In this document: positions 29,309 to 37,901 of the stretch, one piece after another
Numbering within the stretch: the stretch's first letter is position 1
How the letters are laid out: every line of letters begins with the position of its first letter
Source: Nitrospinales bacterium
Lineage (GTDB): Bacteria; Nitrospinota; Nitrospinia; Nitrospinales; VA-1
Direction: 5' to 3'
DNA length: 64,000 nucleotides
Assembly: GCA_965223345.1 (NCBI GenBank)
Contig: CBDCWG010000012.1
Coordinates: 1,984,001 to 2,048,000, forward strand
The notes under the pieces: generated by a model
What the model was told of the DNA's origin: nothing
Databases searched by the model: none
The model's input: the letters and a program-made list of their open reading frames with translations, nothing else
Translations under genes and position numbers: made by a program

Positions 29309-30139
29309 TTAATGGATTCCGCTTTTCTTGTCTCCCAGAGAGCCGGAGTAGGAAGGATGGTACGCCCCTCCCGGCAAGGCGTCGGGATTGAGATTTTTCC
29401 AGGCCTTGAAGAATCTTGAGAAACCCAGTGTCAAAACCCGCAGAGAAGCCTCGAGGGCGATGGCCATGGAAAACTTGGATTCGCCGTCGCGCCGTTCCGT
29501 GAACACGATGGGGATCTCCCGGATCACAAAACCGCTCTGGTGGGCGAAGAAGCTCACTTCGATCTGAAACCCGTAGCCTTCGCTTTTCACTTCGCTCCAG
29601 TTCAACCGTTCGATGACGTTTTTGTGGATCGCTTTGAAGCCGCCGGTGGGGTCGGTGAGCGGCATGCCGGTGATGAAGCGCGTGTAAATGCCTGCGCCGA
29701 TGCTCACCATCAGCCGGCGCAGCGGCCAGTTGACGACGCTGATGCCGTTCAAATAGCGGGAACCCAGCGCGATGTCCGCGCCCTGTTCGATGACTTCCAG
29801 CAGCCGCGGGATGTCTTTGGGATCGTGGGAAAGATCGCTGTCCATCTCCATGCAGACGTCGTATCCCTCAGCGAGCCCCCACTGAAAGCCGTCCTGGTAG
29901 GCGGACGCCAGCCCCATTTTCGCGGGCCGCAGTTTCAGGAAAATGCGTTTCTCAAATTCGGGATGCGATCGCACCTTTTCCGCCGTTCCGTCCGGCGAGG
30001 CATCGTCCACCACGAGCACGTCGAGGCGGCGCGGAAGGTCCATGATGGCGTCCAGTACCAGCGGCAGCGAAACCGCTTCGTTGTACGTGGGCAGGATCAC
30101 CACCGCACGGTCGATTTTCCGGGGAACTGCGGATCTCAT
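29309..30139 (-). CDS. Polyprenol-monophosphomannose synthase (GT2, Dpm1/Ppm1-like)
   Basis: ILPTYNE, VVDDASPDGT, KMGLASAY, EMDSDLSHDP, GSRY..G..VVNWPLRR, DPTGGFK, GYGFQIE, EIPIVFTERRDGESK. Confidence 0.9.
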   Translation of the reverse strand: MRSAVPRKIDRAVVILPTYNEAVSLPLVLDAIMDLPRRLDVLVVDDASPDGTAEKVRSHPEFEKRIFLKLRPAKMGLASAYQDGFQWGLAEGYDVCMEMDSDLSHDPKDIPRLLEVIEQGADIALGSRYLNGISVVNWPLRRLMVSIGAGIYTRFITGMPLTDPTGGFKAIHKNVIERLNWSEVKSEGYGFQIEVSFFAHQSGFVIREIPIVFTERRDGESKFSMAIALEASLRVLTLGFSRFFKAWKNLNPDALPGGAYHPSYSGSLGDKKSGIH

Positions 30140-30333
30140 GTCGAGGCTGTGCAAGATAAGGGGAAGAAAACCGCCACGAGCGAAACAAAGGCCTCCATTA
30201 TACTATCGGGCTGAAAAATGTCACACAAAAAAGCGGCCGGCAACGTCCGAATTTGCTTTGCAAAGCTCATGGATAGAATCACTTGCGGACCGCGGCCGCT
30301 CTGTTTTCAAGCAGGGGCCGTGAAGAACACGGA

Positions 30334-31317
30334 TCAGGCGGCGGTGTCGATCTCACGCGAGCGGTAATAACGGTCCATCGCCCATCCCACCGCCAGCGCG
30401 TACACCGAGCCCCAGAGGATGTCGAGGATGTAGTGATGGTTGAGATAGACGGCGGCAAATGAAATCCAGAGATAGAAAGCGACGCAGAAAACCCGCAGGG
30501 AGCGGATCTTGAACGCGAAATACACCGAAAGCAGCGGGAAGGCCACGTGCAGGGACGGGATGGCGCCGAACACATTGGGTGTGCGGGAGTAGAATTCCGC
30601 AAACAGCGTGACGCCGAACAGGGCGTCGAAACGTCCGGCGCCCGCCGGGCTGGGGGGCACATCCAGTTGAGCCGGGCCCAACAGCCCGTATTGATCCACA
30701 TACCAGGGCGGCGCGGCGGGGTACCAGTAGTAGGTGGAGCAGCACAGGATGTTGAGCCAGAACATGCCCCACATCATCGCATGCGTCTGCTTGCGCACTT
30801 CGTGGGCGCTCAGCGAACCCGAGCCGGTCTCGCCGCAGCGGTAGCGAAAATACAGCGCCACCGCCAGAAACACCGGAACGAAAACGATGTAGGACAGGCT
30901 GGTGGTGACATCGAGCAGCGGGTGGGTGTGGTTTTGCATCCACTGGGTGGGAAGCAACCGGCCCTGTTCGGTCTCGATGCCGAAAAACCTGAGATCGAAG
31001 AGATAGGGTTCGGCGACGCGCACCGCGCCGCGCAGGGCTTCGGCGTAATAGCCCTGGCTGTCGTACAGGGCGAGGTAGAGCACGAAGGGCAGAAGCAGCT
31101 GGAAGAGACTGCGCGTCCAGGGACCGCCGTAATAAAGCAGCACGAACAGGGCGGTGGCGAGGTGGTCGCCCCGGAAGCCGCCGAGAGCGAAATGCAGCGC
31201 CCAGAATGCGCCGAGCAGACCGACCGGCAGCCATTTTTGCATGGGCGAGCGGCTTTGCCACCATTGAAGCCAGCGGTCGGCTGAGGGGCGGGGCAGGGCC
31301 CGGACGTCGATGGGCAT
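30334..31317 (-). CDS. Aur1-like inositol phosphorylceramide synthase / PAP2_3 phosphotransferase
   Basis: YPAAPPWY...YG, SPAGAGRFDALFG, VFGAIPSLH, YLNHHYILD (His/His/Asp triad of the Aur1 family). Confidence 0.8.
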   Translation of the reverse strand: MPIDVRALPRPSADRWLQWWQSRSPMQKWLPVGLLGAFWALHFALGGFRGDHLATALFVLLYYGGPWTRSLFQLLLPFVLYLALYDSQGYYAEALRGAVRVAEPYLFDLRFFGIETEQGRLLPTQWMQNHTHPLLDVTTSLSYIVFVPVFLAVALYFRYRCGETGSGSLSAHEVRKQTHAMMWGMFWLNILCCSTYYWYPAAPPWYVDQYGLLGPAQLDVPPSPAGAGRFDALFGVTLFAEFYSRTPNVFGAIPSLHVAFPLLSVYFAFKIRSLRVFCVAFYLWISFAAVYLNHHYILDILWGSVYALAVGWAMDRYYRSREIDTAA

Positions 31318-31439
31318 CGTTTGGGAGTGAGAGGTTATAAAATCAAAGGCGTCGGCCCGCGCGCGGGCGAACGGTAGCGAATCTATAGAAAACCGGCGCT
31401 CAAGTCAATAGTGGCACGGGCTCCGCGCTGTGAGGGGAA

Positions 31440-32003
31440 TCACCCGACCTTGGTCAGCGTGTTCTTGTCGATGTGGTGGAAGATCTTCTCCTGGCCCTTG
31501 ATTTTAAGCTGCGTGTCTTCCTCATAGCTGAAACGGGACGCGTCGTGGATGGTGACCTGCAATTCAAAGCGGACGGTCTTGAACTCCTGGTCCAGAAACT
31601 GATTGCAGCAGATGCCGTAGGTTTGCGATCCGGCGTCGGCGGCGAGCGTGAAACTCTTGGAATCGGGTTCGACGGTTCCACCCGCCAGCACGGTCACCCC
31701 GCGCGGCACCAGAAAGCAGCGCAGCACCTGTTTGGAGGCGGCGTCCCACAGCCAGTAACCCAGCTCTTCATGAAACGGGTCGTCCTCGCCCAGACGCCAT
31801 GCGGTGGTGGAATAGCGCAGCCCGTACAGACGCTGCTCGTGATTGTCCACTGCGCCCATGGGCTCGAACACCATGCGCTCGCGGAATTTATTGGTTTCGA
31901 CGCCCCGGTTGTCATCAGGGGCGGTGTCGTCGCCTTTGTCACCTTCCCAGGTTCCCGCCAGCGGAGCCAGCGGTCCCAGATTCTCAATCCATTCTTTATT
32001 CAT
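31440..32003 (-). CDS. Nitrobindin/FABP-like beta-barrel (DUF1794)
   Basis: LGPLAPLAGTWEGDKG, LYGLRY, FHEELGYWLWD, VPRG, FHHIDKNTL. Confidence 0.8.
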   Translation of the reverse strand: MNKEWIENLGPLAPLAGTWEGDKGDDTAPDDNRGVETNKFRERMVFEPMGAVDNHEQRLYGLRYSTTAWRLGEDDPFHEELGYWLWDAASKQVLRCFLVPRGVTVLAGGTVEPDSKSFTLAADAGSQTYGICCNQFLDQEFKTVRFELQVTIHDASRFSYEEDTQLKIKGQEKIFHHIDKNTLTKVG

Positions 32004-32286
32004 CGTCGCATCCCGTTTTTTCGCGGTTAGAGGAAACTCAAACGGGGCCTTTGTATCACTTTTCCGGTGGGTTTGTCGAGCGCTGGCGGGCGGCATCGCG
32101 CGCGAATGCTGAAAAATGCGCGCAGATGACGGGGGCGGTTTGCCCCATGTTTGCCGAAAAATAACGATTTGACTCTGCGGGGCCTCTGGGGATAGAGTTG
32201 ATTCGGTCGCACTGTTTTGAGGCCGGAGCCTCTTCGTTCGACGGTTCCCGCTTTAAGTTTGCTGCAAAATTTCCGCAAGGGAAGGA

Positions 32287-33042
32287 ATGAATTCACCCAA
32301 GCCGATCGTTGCCAAAGAAAAGGATCTGCCGCGTCTGGGCACGGGGGCCTTTCTCAAGGCTTTTTTTTCCTATCCCTCGATTCCCTTCTACCTCGTTCTC
32401 GCCGTCCTGACGGCGGTGTGGTCCGTGCATCTGTCGGGTGGTTTCTGGCCGCTTGCGATCGGCGTCGCGGCGGCGTTTCTCATTTATCCGATCGTCGAGT
32501 ACGGCCTGCACCGTTTCATCCTGCACGGCCGATTCATGTACCGGTCGCCGCTCACGGCGTCTCTCTGGAAGCGGGTGCATTACGACCATCACAGCGACCC
32601 CAACGATCCGGGCGTTTTGTTTGCGGCGGTACGTACCACGCTGCCGACCAATTTCGTGATCACGGTTCCTTTGGGCTGGCTCGTCATCGGCGGGCCGGCG
32701 GGCAGTGCGGCCGGGTTTTCGGTGGGACTGTTGTGCACCTGCGTGTACGAATTCTGCCACTGTCTGCAGCATTTCAACTACACGCCCAAATCGGCTTATC
32801 TTCGCAATATCAAAAAACTCCACCTCGCGCATCATTTTCACAACGAGCGGGGCAATTTCGGGATCACCTCGTTCTTTCTCGACAAATGGCTGGGAACCTA
32901 TTATCCGGGAACGGAGACGGCTTCCCGCAGCCCCACGGTGTTCAACCTGGGTTACACCGGTGAAGAGGTGAAACGTTTTCCGTGGGTGGCGCGTCTGTCG
33001 GGAACCGCCGACGCCGCGGACTCGGTGCAAAAACCATCTTGA
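32287..33042 (+). CDS. Fatty acid hydroxylase/sterol desaturase family protein (FA2H/Scs7-like)
   Basis: His boxes EYGLHRFILH, HYDHHSDP, YEFCHCLQH, KKLHLAHHF followed by NFGITS. Confidence 0.85.
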   Translation: MNSPKPIVAKEKDLPRLGTGAFLKAFFSYPSIPFYLVLAVLTAVWSVHLSGGFWPLAIGVAAAFLIYPIVEYGLHRFILHGRFMYRSPLTASLWKRVHYDHHSDPNDPGVLFAAVRTTLPTNFVITVPLGWLVIGGPAGSAAGFSVGLLCTCVYEFCHCLQHFNYTPKSAYLRNIKKLHLAHHFHNERGNFGITSFFLDKWLGTYYPGTETASRSPTVFNLGYTGEEVKRFPWVARLSGTADAADSVQKPS

Positions 33043-33082
33043 GCGGACCGCGCCCGGTCCGCGTTCGTCATTTCCATCGCCT

Positions 33083-34117
33083 ATGAAATCCATCGTCCTC
33101 GTGCGTCACGGTCCTTCGCAAAACGCGTTCGAAATCCGTGAAGGCAATTCACCCACACCCGGAGAGGGAGAAGTGCGCATCGCTGTGCAGGTCTCCGGAC
33201 TCAATTTTGCGGATGTGCTCGCCCGTATGGGCCTTTATCCGGACGCCCCGCCGCTGCCCTGCGTGCTGGGATACGATGTGGTGGGCACGGTGGATGCGGC
33301 CGGCGCGGGGGTGGAAAAGATCAAGCCGGGGGACCGGGTGGTGGCGTTCACCCGCTTCGGGGGCTACGCGTCGCACGTGGTGGCGCATGCGGAGGCGGTG
33401 GCGCTGATCCCGGAGGACATGGCGGCGGGCGCGGCGGCGGCTCTGGCGACGCAGTACTGCACGGCGTGGTACGCCTCGGATGAAATGGTGCGGCTGCATC
33501 CCGGCGACCGGGTGCTCGTGCAGGCGGCGGCGGGCGGTGTGGGGCAGGCGCTGGTGCAGATGGCGAAACGGCGGGGCTGCATCGTGTTCGGCACGGCGGG
33601 CTCGAAAGAAAAACTCCAGCTTCTGGCCGAGCTGGGCGTGGATCACCCGATCCATTACCGCGAGCGGGATTTTGAGACCGAGGTGCGCCGGGTTCTCGGC
33701 GAACAGGGGCTCGATGTGGTGTTCGATTCGATCGGCGGCAAGGCGTTTCGCAAGGGACGCCGCTTGCTGGCTCCGGGCGGGCGCATGGTGTCTTTCGGGA
33801 TCGCCCAGGCGATGGGCGCGACGCGCGATCCGTTCCGCATCCTGCGAACGGCGCTGGGTTTCGGCCTGCTACTTCCAATTCCCCTGCTCACGAAATCCCA
33901 GGGGGTGATCGGCGTCAACATGCTGCGCATCGCGGAGGAAAAACCGAAACTCCTGCGCCACTGCCTGCAGGCGGTGGTGTCGCTGGCGGTGAAGGACGAG
34001 TTGAATCCCCGCGTGGGTGCGGTGTTCCCGGCCGAACAGGTGGCCGAGGCGCATGACTTTCTCGGCAACCGCAAATCGACCGGGAAAGTCGTCCTCGAAT
34101 GGAGCTCCGGCGGCTGA
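33083..34117 (+). CDS. MDR-family NADPH oxidoreductase (VAT-1/quinone reductase/enoyl reductase-like)
   Basis: GLNFADVLARMGLYP, VLVQAAAGGVG, DVVFDSIGG, RKSTGKVVL. Confidence 0.85.
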   Translation: MKSIVLVRHGPSQNAFEIREGNSPTPGEGEVRIAVQVSGLNFADVLARMGLYPDAPPLPCVLGYDVVGTVDAAGAGVEKIKPGDRVVAFTRFGGYASHVVAHAEAVALIPEDMAAGAAAALATQYCTAWYASDEMVRLHPGDRVLVQAAAGGVGQALVQMAKRRGCIVFGTAGSKEKLQLLAELGVDHPIHYRERDFETEVRRVLGEQGLDVVFDSIGGKAFRKGRRLLAPGGRMVSFGIAQAMGATRDPFRILRTALGFGLLLPIPLLTKSQGVIGVNMLRIAEEKPKLLRHCLQAVVSLAVKDELNPRVGAVFPAEQVAEAHDFLGNRKSTGKVVLEWSSGG

Positions 34118-34121
34118 GCCG

Positions 34122-34562
34122 CTATTTCCGGCCTTCCTCCAGATCGATCAGGTCCACCCAGGTGCCGATGTCGGCGCGGTACGGGTTCAACTTGTCCAAC
34201 TGCTCGATGAAATAATCCATGCTTTCACCCGGTTCGGGGCTGTGGCCGATGAAACGGATGTTGAACAGTTTGCGGTCGCGTTCGGAACGTTTCTGCGTCT
34301 GCTCCAGCGCCCACTCGGAAATCCGGTCGTCGTCCTGCACGGCGGCGCGGCCGGCGAATGCTTCCGCATCCACATTCAGAAACTGCAGAACTTTATGGTC
34401 GAGCGGGCAGGGGTAGACGTACTCTCCCAGCTGTCCCTGTTTGTAGGCGCGGGCTTTGTCCGTCATGCGCGGAAGATGCAGGATGCCGGCCATGACCTCG
34501 CGCGGGCTGCGCGGCGCCTGCCGGTTCAAGTCGAGATGGGGGATGGTTGCTGTGGTGGTCAT
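34122..34562 (-). CDS. DUF5069-domain protein
   Basis: APRSPRE..AG..HLPRMTDKARA...GEYVYPCPLD...DLIDLEEGR. Confidence 0.75.
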   Translation of the reverse strand: MTTTATIPHLDLNRQAPRSPREVMAGILHLPRMTDKARAYKQGQLGEYVYPCPLDHKVLQFLNVDAEAFAGRAAVQDDDRISEWALEQTQKRSERDRKLFNIRFIGHSPEPGESMDYFIEQLDKLNPYRADIGTWVDLIDLEEGRK

Positions 34563-34625
34563 TGCGTTCTCCTTTTGGAAAAATGGTTCAACGGCGATCG
34601 CGCCGCGGATTTGTGATCTGGGGTT

Positions 34626-35375
34626 TCAAACCGGCAGCATCTGGCCGATCTGTTTTTCCTGCGATTTGGCGTCGCTCCAGTAATCCTTTTCAAACTGCAT
34701 CGCCATCGGATCGATGAAGATGTCTTCCTTGCCGGTTTCGATGGCATCCAGCGTCTTGTGCGCGACTTCTGCAGGCGCGGTTTTTTCCAGGAGCAAATCC
34801 TTCGCCATGTCGGTGTCGATGGGGCCGGGGTAGAGGCCGAGAACCTTTGTTCCCTGTCCGGCGAGTTCCGCCCGCACGCCCTGGGTCTGCGAATGCAGCG
34901 CGGCCTTGGACGCGCTGTAGGAGCCGAGCGCCGGAAAATTGGTCAGGCTGGCCACTGAGAGCACGTTCAGCAGCACGCCGCCGCCGTTTTTCTTGAGGAT
35001 GGGGGCGAACGCCCGGCTCATGGCCAGGGTGCCGAAATAGTTGACTTCCATTTCCTGCCGCGCCGCGTCCAGGCTGTCGGCGGCGATCAGGCCCTGAAAC
35101 TTCGCGATGCCGGCGTTGTTGATGAGCAGGTTGACATCGCCCGCCTTCTGCGTTGCCGCCTGAACCTGTTCCGGCTGCGCGATGTCCAGCCCCAGCGGCA
35201 CGACGCGGTCAGCCTGCGATTCCAGCCATTGGGATGCGCTGCGTTTGTAGGACTCCATATCGCGAACGCCGGCGTACACTTTCTGCGCACCCCGCTCGAT
35301 GAGCGCGGAAACCAGCGCCTTGCCGATGCCGCGGTTGGAACCTGTGACCAGTGCGATGCTGTCCTGGATTTTCAT
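34626..35375 (-). CDS. Short-chain dehydrogenase/reductase
   Basis: ALVTGSNRGIG, INNAG, YSASK, PGPIDTDM. Confidence 0.9.
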   Translation of the reverse strand: MKIQDSIALVTGSNRGIGKALVSALIERGAQKVYAGVRDMESYKRSASQWLESQADRVVPLGLDIAQPEQVQAATQKAGDVNLLINNAGIAKFQGLIAADSLDAARQEMEVNYFGTLAMSRAFAPILKKNGGGVLLNVLSVASLTNFPALGSYSASKAALHSQTQGVRAELAGQGTKVLGLYPGPIDTDMAKDLLLEKTAPAEVAHKTLDAIETGKEDIFIDPMAMQFEKDYWSDAKSQEKQIGQMLPV

Positions 35376-35401
35376 GATCGTGTCTCCCTCGTAAGTATTT
35401 A

Positions 35402-35421
35402 TATGTCAGTTAAGTAACTAA
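35402..35421. promoter_or_regulatory. Putative TetR operator upstream of the SDR gene
   Basis: Imperfect palindrome TATGTCAGTTAAGTAACTAA; its reverse complement closely matches the site upstream of tetR. Confidence 0.6.
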
Positions 35422-35439
35422 GTTGTGGGGCTCAAAAAA

Positions 35440-35997
35440 TCACAGGGACCGGATCCAGCCGCCCAGTCGCTGCGCTTCCCATTCGATGGTCTTGCCGTCG
35501 TTCAGGGCGCTGGCGACGGTGGCTGCCCCTTGCAGTGCGGCGATGAGCTGGATGCCGAGTTTTTTTGCGTCTTTTTGCCCCATAGCCTGGAACTGTTCGG
35601 TCACCCATTTCAACTGGTGCTTGAGCAGGCTGTCGGCTTTTTTCGCCAGCGGGGTTTTCTCCTTGTCCAGTTCCTGGCACAGGCTTCCCACCGGGCAGCC
35701 GTATTTGCGGGTCTGGTTTTTGTGCTGCAGGAAAAGCTCGAGAAATTGAAGCAGGCGGTCTTTCGGGTTGTCGATCTCCTGCCAGGCTTTGGCCCTGGCG
35801 TTGAAATGCTCCAGCCTTTTGTCGATGACCGCCGTGGCGAGGTCGTCCTTGGTCTTGAAGTAATAATAGACGTTTCCCAGGGGCACGCCGGAGTCCTGGG
35901 CGATGTCCGCCAGCGAGGTCTGGTTGAACCCGGCCTGGTGGAACAGTTTCCCGGCGGCCTCGATCAGCTTTTCCCGTTTGTCGATGGTTTTGGGCAT
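35440..35997 (-). CDS. TetR/AcrR-family transcriptional regulator
   Basis: HTH GFNQTSLADIAQDSGVPLGNVYYYFKTKDDL; C-terminal YGCPVG. Confidence 0.92.
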   Translation of the reverse strand: MPKTIDKREKLIEAAGKLFHQAGFNQTSLADIAQDSGVPLGNVYYYFKTKDDLATAVIDKRLEHFNARAKAWQEIDNPKDRLLQFLELFLQHKNQTRKYGCPVGSLCQELDKEKTPLAKKADSLLKHQLKWVTEQFQAMGQKDAKKLGIQLIAALQGAATVASALNDGKTIEWEAQRLGGWIRSL

Positions 35998-36008
35998 GGC
36001 TCAAAAAT

Positions 36009-36028
36009 TAAGTTAATCAACTGACTTA
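36009..36028. promoter_or_regulatory. Putative TetR autoregulatory operator
   Basis: Imperfect palindrome TAAGTTAATCAACTGACTTA just upstream of the tetR start. Confidence 0.6.
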
Positions 36029-36070
36029 ATGATAGGGCGCGGCATCCGGTTTGTCAAGCCGCGGGCGCCT

Positions 36071-36337
36071 TTAATTTTCGGACATCTCGCTTCGTTTCCA
36101 AAGATAATGTAAAACCCCCTGATAAATCAAAGCGATCGGGCTTGAGAAAAACAGCCAGAGCGGCCACAGGTTGGAGCCGGAGAGCAAGGCGTAGAGTGTG
36201 ATCAACAGAACGAGCGCCATCAAGCCCGCTGAAACCAGGGAGGCTTTTCTCCAGCCGCCCTGCATGTTCTTCAGGCTGTGCCATTGCACGTAGAGGTAAG
36301 CGAACACCATCAGATAAAAAAAGGTGATCATGAACAT
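36071..36337 (-). CDS. Small hypothetical membrane protein (about 3 TM)
   Basis: AGGAG RBS before ATG 36337; hydrophobic segments, GSNLWPLW. Confidence 0.6.
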   Translation of the reverse strand: MFMITFFYLMVFAYLYVQWHSLKNMQGGWRKASLVSAGLMALVLLITLYALLSGSNLWPLWLFFSSPIALIYQGVLHYLWKRSEMSEN

Positions 36338-36383
36338 GAAAGGCTCCTGAATCGATAGCATTCCCGCCCTATGCGGGATGGGT

Positions 36384-36800
36384 TCAAGGGTTTACGGTGA
36401 TGAACCACTTGGGCCGCATGCGGCCCAAGTCCGTGCGCCGGTTGTGCTTCAGTGTTTTTTTGGGGTCGAGGACGCAGCTTTTGCCGTTCTCGCGCACGAA
36501 AACGGTCCAGTGCCAGCAGGCGACGCCGTTTTCCCGATGCCATTTGATGGCGAGCAGCGCGCGCTCGGGCAGTTTTTCCCAGCCTGTGAACGGCGTTTGC
36601 CGCTGTGCGGTTTTTATTTTCAGATGGGCGAGCAGCCTGTGCATCGGTTGGGTGTCCGACCACAGCGCGGGATCGCGCGGGGAAATCCCCAGATCCTTTG
36701 CGGCCTGTTTCGCCTTTGTGTAGGAAATCCCCGCCAGCATCGCGGCGCAGGCGATGCCGCAGCCTGTGGTTTCCTGCTGAACCACGAGCCGGGGTTTCAT
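36384..36800 (-). CDS. Stand-alone peptidase C39-like cysteine protease domain
   Basis: QQETTGCGIACAAM, HWTV, VLDP; start overlaps the desaturase stop (ATGA). Confidence 0.7.
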   Translation of the reverse strand: MKPRLVVQQETTGCGIACAAMLAGISYTKAKQAAKDLGISPRDPALWSDTQPMHRLLAHLKIKTAQRQTPFTGWEKLPERALLAIKWHRENGVACWHWTVFVRENGKSCVLDPKKTLKHNRRTDLGRMRPKWFITVNP

Positions 36801-37831
36801 CCCGCCGGCGCGGTCTCGGCCATCTCCTTCACGCTGTCGTTGATGGCCTCGGTTTCGAGGGAGGTCATTTTTTTCGCGGTGTTTTCCTTGTGGTCCGGGC
36901 GCACGATGCGGGTGTAGAGGCTGAAATTCTTATCGAAGATGAACTTCAGGACCACTTTGGTCCAGGAGGAATGGAAAAACAGCGTGTCGTAAAACTCCGG
37001 CGCGATCCTGCGGATTTTGGGAAGTTTGGACCAGGGCACCATCATGAAGTCGTGGTGCTCGTTGTGGTAGCCCATGTTGAAGCACAGCCGGTTCAGCGGA
37101 CCGTAGTAGGAATAGGTCTCCTGTCCGGGGTAGAACATGTAGTGCTCCTGAATCCAGCGGCCGCCCAGAGGGTGCAGGCCGAGGCCGAACAGGCAGGACA
37201 GCAGCAGGTAGATGAGCGAGCCCCAGCCGAAAAAATACCACACCAAGAGACCCGCACCGATCGACGTCACGCCGTTGGTCACGCTCCAGGGTTCGAGCAC
37301 GTTGATCTTGCCGATGCGCATGGGGCGCACGATGCCCTGCACCGCGGTGAAGAAAAGCAGGCTCAGCATTTTGCGGAACGCGCTGTTGCCCACCCACGCC
37401 GCTTCTTTGGGGCCGGCGATGTCCGCATCCCAGCCCATCTCGGCGAGGTCGCGGTGGTGCAGCAGGTGGTAGTTGCGAAAGCCGATGGCCGAAGGGAACA
37501 CGCCGGGCAGGTTGGCGATCAGGGCCAGCGCCTTGTTCCAGGCAGGCCGCTTGAACACCAGGTTGTGCGTGCATTCGTGGATGATGACATAAAGGGCGTG
37601 CTCGCACACCGCGCCCACCAGCCAGGCGCAAAGCAGGATCGCCCACCAGGCGGCGTCTTGCAGGGCGACGGCGACGCCGAATTGCAACGCGACGATGGCC
37701 AGGGTCCACAGGGCGGTGGAGGGGGTGGGGCCGAACAGCTCGCGGATCTGCGGATACTTGGCGAGGATCTCCCGGCGCCGCGCGATGTGCGGCTGGGGCG
37801 TGTTGACATGGGTGTAGTCGAATTCCGGCAT
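36797..37831 (-). CDS. Sphingolipid delta-4 desaturase (DES1/DEGS-like)
   Basis: N-terminal FDYTHVNTPQPHIARRREILAKYPQIRELFGP (Lipid_DES-like); His boxes HECTH, HLLHH, HNEHH; GLHPLGGRWIQEH, ETYSYYGPLN, IAPEFYD. Confidence 0.88.
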   Translation of the reverse strand: MPEFDYTHVNTPQPHIARRREILAKYPQIRELFGPTPSTALWTLAIVALQFGVAVALQDAAWWAILLCAWLVGAVCEHALYVIIHECTHNLVFKRPAWNKALALIANLPGVFPSAIGFRNYHLLHHRDLAEMGWDADIAGPKEAAWVGNSAFRKMLSLLFFTAVQGIVRPMRIGKINVLEPWSVTNGVTSIGAGLLVWYFFGWGSLIYLLLSCLFGLGLHPLGGRWIQEHYMFYPGQETYSYYGPLNRLCFNMGYHNEHHDFMMVPWSKLPKIRRIAPEFYDTLFFHSSWTKVVLKFIFDKNFSLYTRIVRPDHKENTAKKMTSLETEAINDSVKEMAETAPAG

Positions 37832-37901
37832 CCTTGAAGTTCCGGGCAAGAGGGCGTCCCGGCTATCATACAACAAAAACCGCGCGGGATTCGTGCGGCT
37901 T

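Noticed and set aside
31412..31427. TGGCACGGGCTCCGCG as a sigma54 promoter
   Set aside because: Poor -12 element, and it points into the 3' end of an opposite-strand gene.
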